From NCBI GenBank assembly GCA_049570475.1, contig CP186953.1:1344001-1408000 (forward strand): a DNA stretch of 64,000 nt, written 5' to 3'. A program made the translations under genes and the position numbers. Of the stretch, positions 36,840 to 46,054 are shown piece by piece (within the stretch, counting starts at the first letter, position 1; every line of letters starts with the position of its first letter). The DNA comes from Candidatus Methanosuratincola verstraetei (lineage in GTDB: Archaea; Thermoproteota; Methanomethylicia; Methanomethylicales; Methanomethylicaceae). The notes beneath the pieces are model-generated. The model had not been told where the DNA came from. It did no database searches and saw only the letters and a list, made by a program, of their open reading frames with translations.

Positions 36840-38207
36840 TCATGCCTGGACCGTTATGGTCGCGTAGATGTAATCCATTGCCCTCACAGGCCTCACCGCT
36901 ATGTCGACTCGGACGACCCCCTGCGCAAAGTCCATCTGCGAGGAGTAGACGTCCACCAGGAATGCCGGCTCCTTGCCGTCTGTGCTCGGGACTATCGCGT
37001 TCTCGCGCTCCATTTGGATCATGAACTCCGTGATCTTCTCCTTCAAAGCTCCCCGGCCCTGGGCCGTGTTGAGGGTCCCTATGAAGTTCTCCGAGATGTT
37101 CTTGGTGCCCCTCACCGCGTGGTCGGCTATCCTGATGACGCTTATCTGCTCCTTGCTCGTGGTGATCGCCTTCTCCACGATTAGCCCCCTGCCGCGCCGC
37201 GCCTCGATCGCGAGTACTCCTGCCTTGAGGAGCTCCATCAACTCGGATGGCGTATACCTCCTCTCAAGCTCTGCGATCCCTGTCAGCGCCTTGAACGTCG
37301 GCGACTCGTAGTAGTTCAGCCTGCTTATCAGTCCGGCAACCGCACCGGCGACGCCATACGGGGCGACTAGCACGAACCTGTCGCTGGCTAGCGCGCTGGT
37401 CCTCTTCACGATCTCCTGGACGCTCTCGCCTGGCCCGACCGTGCCGATCCCAATGCGGTTCTTCGCGTCCTTGCTCATGTTCATGCAGTGCGCGTCGACC
37501 ATGGCGTGGACCTTCGGATCCCAGCAGTCTGCTACCAGTACTACGTCGACATCTTCCTCCATCTCAAGCATCTCAAGCGCCTTCTCGTAGGATGAAGGAT
37601 CTGGCTTCGCAGTGACGCCGCCCTCGAACTGCCCTTCGCCGGCCATGAGCGCCTTTGGTGCAGCTTTGCCCCTCTTCCCGAGGTCCTTGGCGGTCGCGAG
37701 CTTCGAGCCCCTGTTTATCACATCGACAGCATAGAGCTCGCTCGACCTGTCCATTGTTATATTGTCGAATGCCTCGAACCTCGTCCCGTCGGTAATCTGG
37801 AGCGAGAAAGAGCCCTCTATCGCGCCAGCTGAGACTGCGTACCTCAGCTTATTTCCGGATTCCCCCACATACCTTGCTTCAAGCCTCAGCGCCTCCTCCC
37901 CCTCCGCGTCCTTCAGCACTGCGGACGCATTCGTTGTCCCAGCGGCCTCTATGCGGGTCGCAAAGACCTCGAATACGCCATTCATGAAGCAAATCCTGGC
38001 CTCCTTCGTGAGGCTGAAGGAGAGGTCAGAACCGAACTTCTCCTGGTACTCCCTGTAGCTAGTGACCGGGACTGGCGTCAGGACTGGTCCCTTCTCGGCG
38101 GTCCCGATAATCCCGACTACTCCGGACGGGTGGAGCTGCTGGGGCACTATTTCCTTGACTACCTGAACCTCTACACCTGGCAGAATTCGTACCAAATTAG
38201 ACCCCAT
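36840..38207 (-). CDS. Contractile tail sheath protein
   Basis: LPGVEVQVV, GIIGTAEKGPV..PV.VTSY.EY...FG, ARYVGESGN, ISVIRIAD and VDIAVRPVRAMDYIYATI. Start is ATG 38207 or TTG 38195. Confidence 0.95.
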   Translation of the reverse strand: MGSNLVRILPGVEVQVVKEIVPQQLHPSGVVGIIGTAEKGPVLTPVPVTSYREYQEKFGSDLSFSLTKEARICFMNGVFEVFATRIEAAGTTNASAVLKDAEGEEALRLEARYVGESGNKLRYAVSAGAIEGSFSLQITDGTRFEAFDNITMDRSSELYAVDVINRGSKLATAKDLGKRGKAAPKALMAGEGQFEGGVTAKPDPSSYEKALEMLEMEEDVDVVLVADCWDPKVHAMVDAHCMNMSKDAKNRIGIGTVGPGESVQEIVKRTSALASDRFVLVAPYGVAGAVAGLISRLNYYESPTFKALTGIAELERRYTPSELMELLKAGVLAIEARRGRGLIVEKAITTSKEQISVIRIADHAVRGTKNISENFIGTLNTAQGRGALKEKITEFMIQMERENAIVPSTDGKEPAFLVDVYSSQMDFAQGVVRVDIAVRPVRAMDYIYATITVQA

Positions 38208-38226
38208 TTTTATATTGCTGAAAATT

Positions 38227-38240
38227 GTATATAAGCGTTT
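38227..38240 (-). promoter_or_regulatory. BRE-TATA promoter of the tail operon
   Basis: Minus strand reads AAACGC-TTATATAC about 20-30 bp upstream of the sheath start. Confidence 0.7.
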
Positions 38241-38465
38241 AAAAAATTTTAAAATCAAGGTTATAGTTGACTGAAAAGCCTTTCAGGATGCCGGGCATAA
38301 GCATTCTTTGGTCTCTTGTCTTTAAAGGCTTTCATCACACCCATGCGGACCTTTACCTATGGGAAAAAGGAAGAGCTGGTCCGAGAAGCTCCATGAGCCT
38401 GCGCCCTGAACGCTTATGCTTTTAAATCATGGGCTGCATCTTTTTCTATTACAGGTGTTGAATTC

Positions 38466-39335
38466 ATGCTGAACCCCTGGCTGATCCTCGGACCCTCTGG
38501 CATGATGATTGTCGGCATCTTCTACATGCTCTTCTGGAGGGAGAGGGTGAGGCGAGATTCGGGGAAAGGTGTCCCAATCAGGTTTTTCATATTCGGGGGC
38601 CTGCTTTGGGCTGCAGCCATTATCCCGAAGATCATAATGGACTACACCGTGACTCAGCCGCTCTACGTCTGGTGGGCTTCGTCATTTGGCGCATCTGGAG
38701 CCCTTCTTCTGCTCGGGGTGTACGTGGGGCTGAGGACCGGCATTTTTGAGTGCGGGGCTGCTTACCTGGGATTCAGGGCGTTTGCAAGAAAGACCAATCA
38801 GGTCAATGAAGCTGGCATAGCCAAAGCATCCTCCTGGGAGGGTGCAGCTGGGCAGAATATGGGGTACAGCGAGGCTGTGGCGGTCGGTGTTGGGTTCGGT
38901 GCATTCGAGGCTATAGTCTTGGCCCTGCCCTCGCTCGTGCAGATGGCAGCCATCTTCCTCGACCCGTCGATCCTCTCGAGCCTGCCCCCAGAACAGGTTG
39001 CCGCGATCGAATCGCAGCTGAGCCAGCCGACTTGGATGGCTGCGGCCGCAGCCTGGGAGAGGGCCTTTGCGATACTTGCCCACGTCTTCGCCACCGTGCT
39101 AGCCTATCTGTCGGTGGCTCAAAGGCGCCTGATCCTCCTCGGCGGCGCGGTCGCCTACAAGTCCGTGCTCGACGCCCCAATCCCGATCCTCCAGGAGTAC
39201 CTCGCCAGCTCCCCCTACTACATTGTGATTACCGAAGCATTTGTCGCAGTTATGGGTCTCGTAGGCCTCCTCGGGATGCTGAACATAAACCGGATAGCCC
39301 CGAGGGACACAAATGTTATTAGAAATGAGCAGTAA
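38466..39335 (+). CDS. YhfC/PrsW-like intramembrane glutamic protease
   Basis: Multi-TM protein with GIFECG, GVGFGAFEA and WERAFAILAH motifs. Confidence 0.78.
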   Translation: MLNPWLILGPSGMMIVGIFYMLFWRERVRRDSGKGVPIRFFIFGGLLWAAAIIPKIIMDYTVTQPLYVWWASSFGASGALLLLGVYVGLRTGIFECGAAYLGFRAFARKTNQVNEAGIAKASSWEGAAGQNMGYSEAVAVGVGFGAFEAIVLALPSLVQMAAIFLDPSILSSLPPEQVAAIESQLSQPTWMAAAAAWERAFAILAHVFATVLAYLSVAQRRLILLGGAVAYKSVLDAPIPILQEYLASSPYYIVITEAFVAVMGLVGLLGMLNINRIAPRDTNVIRNEQ

Positions 39336-39353
39336 GGTTCGCAGGGGATCCAG

Positions 39354-39806
39354 GTGCGCGTGAAGGTCTCCCGAATCATAATCGTACTGATCGTCGCGCT
39401 GGCTGCGGTTGGAGGAGCTGCATACTGGCTCTCGCTGCCGCAGCCCGTGGACGAGGCCTCCCTCAGGATATACTCCGACCCGATGACAGAGAACGTCCTG
39501 CTCGCGATCGAAAACGGGAACTACACCGAATTCTCAAGGGACTTCGACGATGCGATGAAGAATGCCCTCAACCTGGCAAGCTTCCAGCAACTTGCCTCTC
39601 GATTCGATTCAAAGATCGGCGACTACGTCCCCGGCTCCAAGTCATTCATCAAGGGGGAGCGGGTTGGGGATTTCATAATCGCCTACTACAAGGCGAATTA
39701 CACGAACGAGCCGGCGGGCGTTACTGTGAAGGTGGTCTTCACCTCTGTGAACGGCCCGGCAAAGATCACAGGGCTGTGGTTCAGCTCCCCCAAGCTGGCA
39801 TCCTGA
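39354..39806 (+). CDS. Membrane-anchored DUF3887-like protein
   Basis: N-terminal TM, NYTEFSRDFDDAMK and C-terminal KITGLWF. Confidence 0.7.
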   Translation: MRVKVSRIIIVLIVALAAVGGAAYWLSLPQPVDEASLRIYSDPMTENVLLAIENGNYTEFSRDFDDAMKNALNLASFQQLASRFDSKIGDYVPGSKSFIKGERVGDFIIAYYKANYTNEPAGVTVKVVFTSVNGPAKITGLWFSSPKLAS

Positions 39807-39861
39807 TCATCGCTGCTGGCGCACGGCGCACTTATATTCCAGGAAGATGCTATTCAATTAG

Positions 39862-40230
39862 GTGTTTTTATTGCCCGAATCTTCAAGAAAGATTGCAATA
39901 TTCGCATTCAACGGTGAGCTCCCGTGCTTTGCCCATGCCCTCCTGAATGCCATGGACATGAGGTCGAAGGGCTACGACGTTAAGCTTGTCATCGAGGGCT
40001 GCGCCACGGCGCTGCTGCCCGAGCTTGGAGATCCGAAGAAGCCCTTCTCTAACCTCTTCGCGAAAGTGAAGGAGGCTGGCCTTATTGACTGCGTCTGCAG
40101 GGCCTGTGCGGCCCAGTCCGGAGGTCTGAAGTCAGCTGAGGAGCAGCGCCTGCCCCTGTGCGACGAGATGAGCGGGCATCCGAGCATGGCAAAGTACGTG
40201 GACATGGGCTACACGATTATTGTTATCTAG
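39862..40230 (+). CDS. DsrE/F-like sulfur-relay fold protein
   Basis: FNGELPCFAHALLNA, VKLVIEG, CVCRACA and MSGHPS. Confidence 0.72.
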   Translation: MFLLPESSRKIAIFAFNGELPCFAHALLNAMDMRSKGYDVKLVIEGCATALLPELGDPKKPFSNLFAKVKEAGLIDCVCRACAAQSGGLKSAEEQRLPLCDEMSGHPSMAKYVDMGYTIIVI

Positions 40231-40289
40231 CCGCTCTACGGATTGCGGTCCCGTTCCTACCAATCCGCCATTTTTTCCTTGCCATGGAG

Positions 40290-40574
40290 CTAAGGCACGA
40301 TCTTCCCCCAAAAAGTGACGAAGTAGCTGCCCTCGCAGCTGGCTACCCACCTCCCGAATGGCACCCACATGACGTTGTAGTCGCAGATGAGCATGTACTC
40401 GGCACTGCCATCTGGCATTGTCACCAAACCCATCGTGCCATCCTTCTCGGCCTTCTCCCTGAACACCATGTCGTGCACGTCCTGGTCGTCCAGCCATGGG
40501 GACCAGGCAAGAAGCGCCAGAGCTATCAGAAGCAGCGCTGCGGCTGCAAAGGCTTTCGCCCCAATCCGGGAAAT
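40290..40574 (-). CDS. Small exported protein (94 aa) with probable ATT start
   Basis: SD GGGGTGA, 6 nt, then ATT. Extends the 62-aa ORF with a signal peptide (SRIGAKAFAAAALLLIALALLAWSPW). Confidence 0.55.
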   Translation of the reverse strand: MSRIGAKAFAAAALLLIALALLAWSPWLDDQDVHDMVFREKAEKDGTMGLVTMPDGSAEYMLICDYNVMWVPFGRWVASCEGSYFVTFWGKIVP

Positions 40575-40680
40575 GTGTTTTCACCCCTGGCGGAAACTTT
40601 TCCAGCATCAAATAGATCTGAACCCCTCTTCTTAAACATCACTAAAAGTTAATTTGCAAGCCCGGAAGAATATTCTGACT

Positions 40681-41073
40681 ATGGATCCTATTGTATTTGC
40701 TGCGACCGAGGCACTCGTTGGCATGGGCGTCACGATACTGCTCCTTGGGCTTCTCGGAGCCATATTCTATGCAATAGGGAAGGTTGATCGCTGGATTACT
40801 GCATCCAAATCCCCGCCTGCGGAGGAAGTGGCACCCGCTCCCGCGTCTGCTGCTACCCCGGCCGGCGCGGCCACTCAAAATGCAGGCCTCGGGACAGCAG
40901 CGGCTGGTGAAGTCCCAGCTCAGGAGGAGGATCTTCCTTTCATAGCAGCTGGGGTCTACCTCTACCTAAGCGGCAACAGTCAAAGAGGATCAGGATCCAT
41001 GAAATCAGCTGACGAAAGGTGCAGGAAAGAGTGGAAGCGGAGCGCACGGCTCTGCTCGGTGGGGTTGAGATGA
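40681..41073 (+). CDS. Na+-translocating decarboxylase gamma/delta subunit (OadG/MmdD-like)
   Basis: N-terminal TM (VGMGVT), Ala/Pro linker, IAAGV and C-terminal WKRSAR. Confidence 0.75.
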   Translation: MDPIVFAATEALVGMGVTILLLGLLGAIFYAIGKVDRWITASKSPPAEEVAPAPASAATPAGAATQNAGLGTAAAGEVPAQEEDLPFIAAGVYLYLSGNSQRGSGSMKSADERCRKEWKRSARLCSVGLR

Positions 41074-41576
41074 TGAAGTTCGTTATTACCGTCAATGGGG
41101 CAAGGAAGGAAGTTGAAGTCTCTCCAGAAGGGGGGAATCTGCTTAGCGTCAAGGTTAACGGGAAGGCTTATTCCGTGAAAGTAGATTCGTCCACGCAGGG
41201 CGGAGCCAGATCCGAAATGACCGGAAGCGCACCCGCCGCAGCTTTTCCCATAGGGGCAAACGGCGCTGCCGGTGTCGATCCTCTCCCCCCTGCTGCCTCC
41301 GCTCAAGCCCTCGTGACGCTCAGCGAAGAGCCGCTCGTCAAGCAAAAAAGCATCCGCGTCGTCAAGTCCCCGCTCCCAGGGGTAGTTTCCAGCGTAGAAG
41401 TTCGCCCCGGTCAGCGTGTCGAGAAGGGAACCCTCCTCATGTACATAGAGTCGATGAAGATGCTCAACGACATTGTCTCCCCTTCGAACGGGCGGGTAGC
41501 AGAGATCATGAAGAGCAGCGGGGAGACCGTAAACATAGGCGATCCGCTTCTCAAGCTCGAGGAAGACGGTGAGTGA
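41070..41576 (+). CDS. Biotin carboxyl carrier subunit (MmdC-like)
   Basis: VNGKAYSVKV, Ala/Pro linker, SPLPG and ESMKMLNDI biotinylation motif. Confidence 0.9.
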   Translation: MMKFVITVNGARKEVEVSPEGGNLLSVKVNGKAYSVKVDSSTQGGARSEMTGSAPAAAFPIGANGAAGVDPLPPAASAQALVTLSEEPLVKQKSIRVVKSPLPGVVSSVEVRPGQRVEKGTLLMYIESMKMLNDIVSPSNGRVAEIMKSSGETVNIGDPLLKLEEDGE

Positions 41577-42705
41577 TTTGCTCGACGAGGTCCTAGCAAA
41601 GATCCTTGAGTTCCTTGCAAGCAGCGGGTACTCCAACCTGACCTTGGGCAACTTGGTGATGATGGGCGTTGCCCTGCTCCTGATCTACCTGGCAGTTAAG
41701 AAGGAGTATGAGCCCCTGCTGCTGCTCCCGATAGGTTTCGGCGCATTGCTGGCTAACCTCCCGCTCAGCGGGATATCCGGCCCAGGCGGCTTCCTCTTTT
41801 ACATACACGAGTACCTCCTTAACACCGGAATAATACCGATCCTCATTTTCATCGGGATAGGCGCTATGACCGATTTCGGCCCACTGATCTCCAGCCCAAA
41901 GTCATTCATACTCGGCGCGGCTGCCCAGATCGGGATATTCCTGGCGCTCTTCTCTGCCATGGCCCTGGGGTTCAGCACCAGCGAGGCCGGTGCCATTGGC
42001 ATAATAGGCAGCGCAGACGGCCCGACCACAATCTACACCGCGTCCAAGCTTGCCCCGCAGCTGCTCGGCCCAGTCGCCGTAGCCGCCTACTCATACATGT
42101 CGCTCGTCCCTGTAATACAGCCGCCCGTGATCAGGCTCCTAACGACTAAGAAAGAGAGGTCGGTCAGGATGCCGCCCATCCTGCGTGAGGTCTCGAAGCG
42201 GGAGAAGATACTCTTCCCGGTGATAACCACGATCGTTGCCTGCCTTTTGGTCCCGACCGCGGCGCCGCTGATAGGTTCGTTGATGGCGGGCAACCTCCTG
42301 AGGGAATCCGGCGTGACAGACCGGCTCTCGAAGGCTGCCCAGAATGAGCTCATCAACCTTTCCACAATCCTGCTGGGGCTCGGGGTGGGCGGCACGATGG
42401 AGGCGGGAGCATTCCTGAACTACAGCACCTTGCTGATAATTGCATTGGGTGCCTTCGCCTTTGCGACCGCTACTGCAGGCGGGGTCCTTTTCGGGAAGCT
42501 CTTCTACGTGATCACCAAGGGGAAATACAACCCTATGATCGGCGCAGCCGGGGTCTCTGCAGTGCCCATGTCGGCTAGGGTGGTCCAGCGCATGGCATCC
42601 AAGGAGGATCCGGAGAACTTTCTGCTGATGCACGCCATGGGTCCCAATGTCGCCGGGGTCATCGGATCAGCGATAGTGGCGGGCATAATCATCTCCTTCG
42701 CATAG
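41569..42705 (+). CDS. oadB: Na+-translocating decarboxylase beta subunit
   Basis: YEPLLLLPIGFG, GAMTDFGP, IGIIGSADGPT, AAYSYM, GVSAVPMSARV and HAMGPNVAGVIGS. Confidence 0.95.
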   Translation: MSDLLDEVLAKILEFLASSGYSNLTLGNLVMMGVALLLIYLAVKKEYEPLLLLPIGFGALLANLPLSGISGPGGFLFYIHEYLLNTGIIPILIFIGIGAMTDFGPLISSPKSFILGAAAQIGIFLALFSAMALGFSTSEAGAIGIIGSADGPTTIYTASKLAPQLLGPVAVAAYSYMSLVPVIQPPVIRLLTTKKERSVRMPPILREVSKREKILFPVITTIVACLLVPTAAPLIGSLMAGNLLRESGVTDRLSKAAQNELINLSTILLGLGVGGTMEAGAFLNYSTLLIIALGAFAFATATAGGVLFGKLFYVITKGKYNPMIGAAGVSAVPMSARVVQRMASKEDPENFLLMHAMGPNVAGVIGSAIVAGIIISFA

Positions 42706-42836
42706 CGGTCTGATTGCGTCCCCCACTCATCTGGTCGATTCGGTGAGCGCCGCCATTTTTCTTGCTCAGGCGTGAAACAATAATTAGGGGGATCTCTCAT
42801 AGTCCTTTCAGGGGAAATGCCCCTGGTCGATGCTTG

Positions 42837-43235
42837 ATGCCATCAAGGCTTGAGGTAACGCTTGCCCTCTCGGACGAGATGCTGATAATTGCCCTTGCAG
42901 CAGCCGCAGTGATAGTTGCGCTCTCATCACTCGGGGTGATAGACCTTTTCTCTGCAATCGTAATCGGCGCTTTCCTCGCTGTATTCTTCGGAATCGTGTT
43001 CGTCAAGGTCTGGCAGGCGCAGGTGAGGAAGCCTGCGGTGGGGGCTGAGGCGCTGGTAGGCAGAAGCGGAACCGTTTCTGCAGACATTGATCCGGAAGGG
43101 ACAGTCTTTGTTGATGGCGCCTACTGGACCGCAAGGGCCCCTTACCCGATCCCCAAGGGCGAAGAGGTGGAGATCGTCGGGCACGAGGGCCTCATGCTTG
43201 ACGTGAGGCGAAAAGGCGATAAGGGAACGGGCTGA
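42837..43235 (+). CDS. NfeD-family protein (short form)
   Basis: TM helices then GAEALVG...PEGTVFVDGAYWTA...GEEVEIVG OB-fold. Start approximate. Confidence 0.85.
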   Translation: MPSRLEVTLALSDEMLIIALAAAAVIVALSSLGVIDLFSAIVIGAFLAVFFGIVFVKVWQAQVRKPAVGAEALVGRSGTVSADIDPEGTVFVDGAYWTARAPYPIPKGEEVEIVGHEGLMLDVRRKGDKGTG

Positions 43236-43297
43236 TTGGAACGGAGCCCTGCAAATGCTTATTTGCTATCAAAGCCCCTCTTATTACGGTGTAAATT

Positions 43298-43714
43298 GTG
43301 ACCAGCCCAGCCTGCCCCCTCTGCAAAAAGCGGGGCATTCCAGTGGATAGGGCTACCGTGATTTGCCATGCGAAGGAATCGGCTTGGCCCATAGGCGATA
43401 ACCCATATCACATCTGCGAGAACCCTGGTTGCGAAGTCGTTTACTTCTCTTCCGGAGGGTGCTTGAAGAAGGCCGATGTTAAGACTAGGGTCACACTCAA
43501 GGAGAGCGGTCCGCCTCGCCCCCTTTGCTACTGCAAGCAGGTCACTGAAGAGGACGTTATCAGCGCGATCAAGCAAGGGGCAAAAACCGTGGAGGATGTA
43601 ATCGAGGCTACTGGGATCGGCGGTGGCGGCCTCTGCAAGTTCACAAACCCATACGGAAGGTGCTGCAGTCGGTATTATTTGCCATTCATAAAGAGGGCGC
43701 TGGAGAGCCAATAG
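43298..43714 (+). CDS. CopZ-N-like Zn-binding/BFD-like [2Fe-2S] protein
   Basis: CPLC, CENPGCEVVYF, LCYC and C..NPYGRCC. Confidence 0.85.
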   Translation: MTSPACPLCKKRGIPVDRATVICHAKESAWPIGDNPYHICENPGCEVVYFSSGGCLKKADVKTRVTLKESGPPRPLCYCKQVTEEDVISAIKQGAKTVEDVIEATGIGGGGLCKFTNPYGRCCSRYYLPFIKRALESQ

Positions 43715-43759
43715 AGCCAGAAACAACTAAGGCTTCTATCCGCGAAGTGAAATTCCGCG

Positions 43760-44764
43760 TCAGAACCGCCAGTAGTCCCTGTCCTCGTCATAAGTCGGCT
43801 TTTCCATGAGCTCAAGCGGGTATGGCTCAAGGAAGCTCTGCCTGAGCAGATAATCTATCCCGAACCTTATCGCGTAGGACCTCACCAGATTTACGCTCAC
43901 GATGAGAGGGGCCATCCCCTTCCTGTAGTTCTCCACCGCCTCTAAGAGGAATTTCCTCTCTCCTTCGTTCAGTTTCTGAGAGAAGTACCCGAACATGTGG
44001 TTCAGAACATTCACCACGCTGCCCCTCTTGGGAGGGCGGTAAAGCGCATTCTCGAGGGTCTCGCGGTAGACCCTGAACGCGTTCTCTATGCCTATCGCCT
44101 TCTGGTCGGCAACGACCTTGCCAAGCTTTCGCATTGCGCTTTGGCTATATGCCATCAGCAGGAATTTGTTGTTCGAATGGAACTCCACAAGGTCCGTGGC
44201 CCTCCCCCTGGCCTGCGCCTGACGGAAGGCAGCCAAGGTGAACAGCTTCGTCAGGAAGTGCTCCCTGATCAGCGGGTTTGACAGCCTTTCCTCGTCCTCC
44301 ACTGCGAGCCGGGGGAACCTCTCGAATACTGCACCCCCGAATATTCCCCTTCCCTTCTCTTTCACGTAGGGGCTGCCGATCCCTGAATAGATCTTCACAT
44401 TCTTGAGCCCGCAGGACGGGGATCCTCCTTTGAGTATGAAGCCGTCGATGCCGCTGAGCGACGACAGGAACGATTCGCAAAAGGCCTGCATCGCTTCGGT
44501 CAGGTCTTTCCCAGTCGCTGGCTGGACCAGCCGAAGCGTTCCTGAGCTGGGATCATGGACAACCCTTATCGGGTTCCTCGGGACCCCTAGCCCGATTTCT
44601 ACCTCTGGGCAGACGGGCATGAACTCCACGTGGCTTTGCAGCAAATTCACAAATTCATTCGAGATGATCTGGGCATTCCACCTGCAGTGCTCAAATCCGA
44701 GGCATTTGCTGACAACGACTCTTGGCCGGGCATGAACACCCATAAACAGCACAATCCTTTTCAT
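43760..44764 (-). CDS. DUF523 (2-thiouracil desulfurase-like) plus DUF1722 (YbgA) protein
   Basis: VSKCLG, PVCPEVEIGLGVPR, SPSCG, FHSNNKFLLMA, HMFGYF and PYP. Confidence 0.9.
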   Translation of the reverse strand: MKRIVLFMGVHARPRVVVSKCLGFEHCRWNAQIISNEFVNLLQSHVEFMPVCPEVEIGLGVPRNPIRVVHDPSSGTLRLVQPATGKDLTEAMQAFCESFLSSLSGIDGFILKGGSPSCGLKNVKIYSGIGSPYVKEKGRGIFGGAVFERFPRLAVEDEERLSNPLIREHFLTKLFTLAAFRQAQARGRATDLVEFHSNNKFLLMAYSQSAMRKLGKVVADQKAIGIENAFRVYRETLENALYRPPKRGSVVNVLNHMFGYFSQKLNEGERKFLLEAVENYRKGMAPLIVSVNLVRSYAIRFGIDYLLRQSFLEPYPLELMEKPTYDEDRDYWRF

Positions 44765-44917
44765 GGCTGAAGGTCAGCTTGATCATCTTCTTGCGATCTG
44801 TGCTATAAATACTTGATTTGAACCACGATTCCTAATCAATGAAGCTGAATTCAAGTTTTATATATCCCAAATTTTTTGCCGAATACAGTTATATCCTTTT
44901 TCCGCGAGTAATTAATT

Positions 44918-45484
44918 ATGGTTGAGGAGCCCAGGTATAAGATCATAAAGAAATTGGGCGATGTGGAGATAAGGCGATACCCGCCTATCGTCGTGGCTAG
45001 GGCTGAGGGCACTGAAGATCCATTCAGCCTGCTCTTCGCTTACATCTCAGGGAAGAACAGGCAGAAGAAGAAGGTCTCGATGACAGTGCCCGTCATCTCG
45101 GAAAAAATTGCCATGACAGCACCGGTAATCTCGGACTCTAGCTCTATGTCGTTTGTACTCCCATCTTCATACACGCTCGAAACCGCGCCTGAGCCTCTGG
45201 ACAGCAGGATCAGGGTAATCCAAATGCCTGCCAGGACAATCGGGGTCATCCGTTTCTCCGGCAGATGGTCCCAGTCGAAGTTTGAAGAAAAGTCGGGGGA
45301 GCTCTTGGGCACCCTCTCGAAAGAGGGGATCAGGACCAAGGGCGAGATTTTTACGATGCTTTACAACCCGCCCTACACGCCTTGGTTCATGCGGAGGAAC
45401 GAGGTCGCTGTCGAGATAGACCCTGAATCCTTGGGCACCATCGATGCCGCCTTGATGTCCGGTCAAAGCTTGCCTGAAAAGTGA
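44918..45484 (+). CDS. SOUL heme-binding protein
   Basis: EEPRY, EIRRYP, LFAYISG, IAMTAPV, MSFVLP and YNPPYT..MRRNEV. Confidence 0.9.
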   Translation: MVEEPRYKIIKKLGDVEIRRYPPIVVARAEGTEDPFSLLFAYISGKNRQKKKVSMTVPVISEKIAMTAPVISDSSSMSFVLPSSYTLETAPEPLDSRIRVIQMPARTIGVIRFSGRWSQSKFEEKSGELLGTLSKEGIRTKGEIFTMLYNPPYTPWFMRRNEVAVEIDPESLGTIDAALMSGQSLPEK

Positions 45485-45514
45485 TGCGCTGGAGAATTGG
45501 AGCGTTATCTCCAC

Positions 45515-46054
45515 TCATGCGAGCTGGCTTCTCCCGTATTCCTCGTAGCTGACTATCTCCCCCATCTTTTTCTTGTTCCTCAGTATTGAAGTAATTGTGC
45601 CTGTCAGGCTGAAGCCATCCTTCGGGTACCCGACAGCTAGCATTGCGACAACCTCGTACCTGTCCGGTATCCTTAGGGTCTCCTTCACTCTGGATTCGTC
45701 GAAGCTACCGACCCAGCAAGTGCCGAGCTCCTCGCCCGTGGCTGCTATGACCATCGTCTGGAGCGCTATCGCGGTGTCGACCTTGTACCACTTGGGTGAA
45801 GCCTCCCTGTCGCCGCAACCCACTATAACCGCCGGGCATTCCTTGAGCATCCACGCGAACTTGCCGTGCGCCAGCTCTCTCCTCTTTTCCGGATCGGTGA
45901 CAACGATGAAGTGCCAGGGCTGCTTGTTCATTGCCGAGGGCGACAGCCTCCCAGCCTCGAGTATCCTGTTCAGCTTCTCCTGCGGGACTGGGTCTGGCAA
46001 GTAAGACCTGACGGACCTCCTCCTTAGAATCGCCTCGAAGACTTCCATATGCAC
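45515..46054 (-). CDS. Nitroreductase family protein
   Basis: RRSVRSY, SPSAMNKQPWHF and LGTCWVG. Confidence 0.92.
   Translation of the reverse strand: MHMEVFEAILRRRSVRSYLPDPVPQEKLNRILEAGRLSPSAMNKQPWHFIVVTDPEKRRELAHGKFAWMLKECPAVIVGCGDREASPKWYKVDTAIALQTMVIAATGEELGTCWVGSFDESRVKETLRIPDRYEVVAMLAVGYPKDGFSLTGTITSILRNKKKMGEIVSYEEYGRSQLA

Noticed and set aside
27016-38207. Intact provirus
   Set aside because: Only tail genes. No capsid, portal, terminase, integrase, replication genes or att-like repeats seen, and both flanks are cellular genes.
26554-38207. Canonical T6SS
   Set aside because: Single-gene sheath, tape-measure and chaperone genes present. No TssJLM, TssK or ClpV recognisable.
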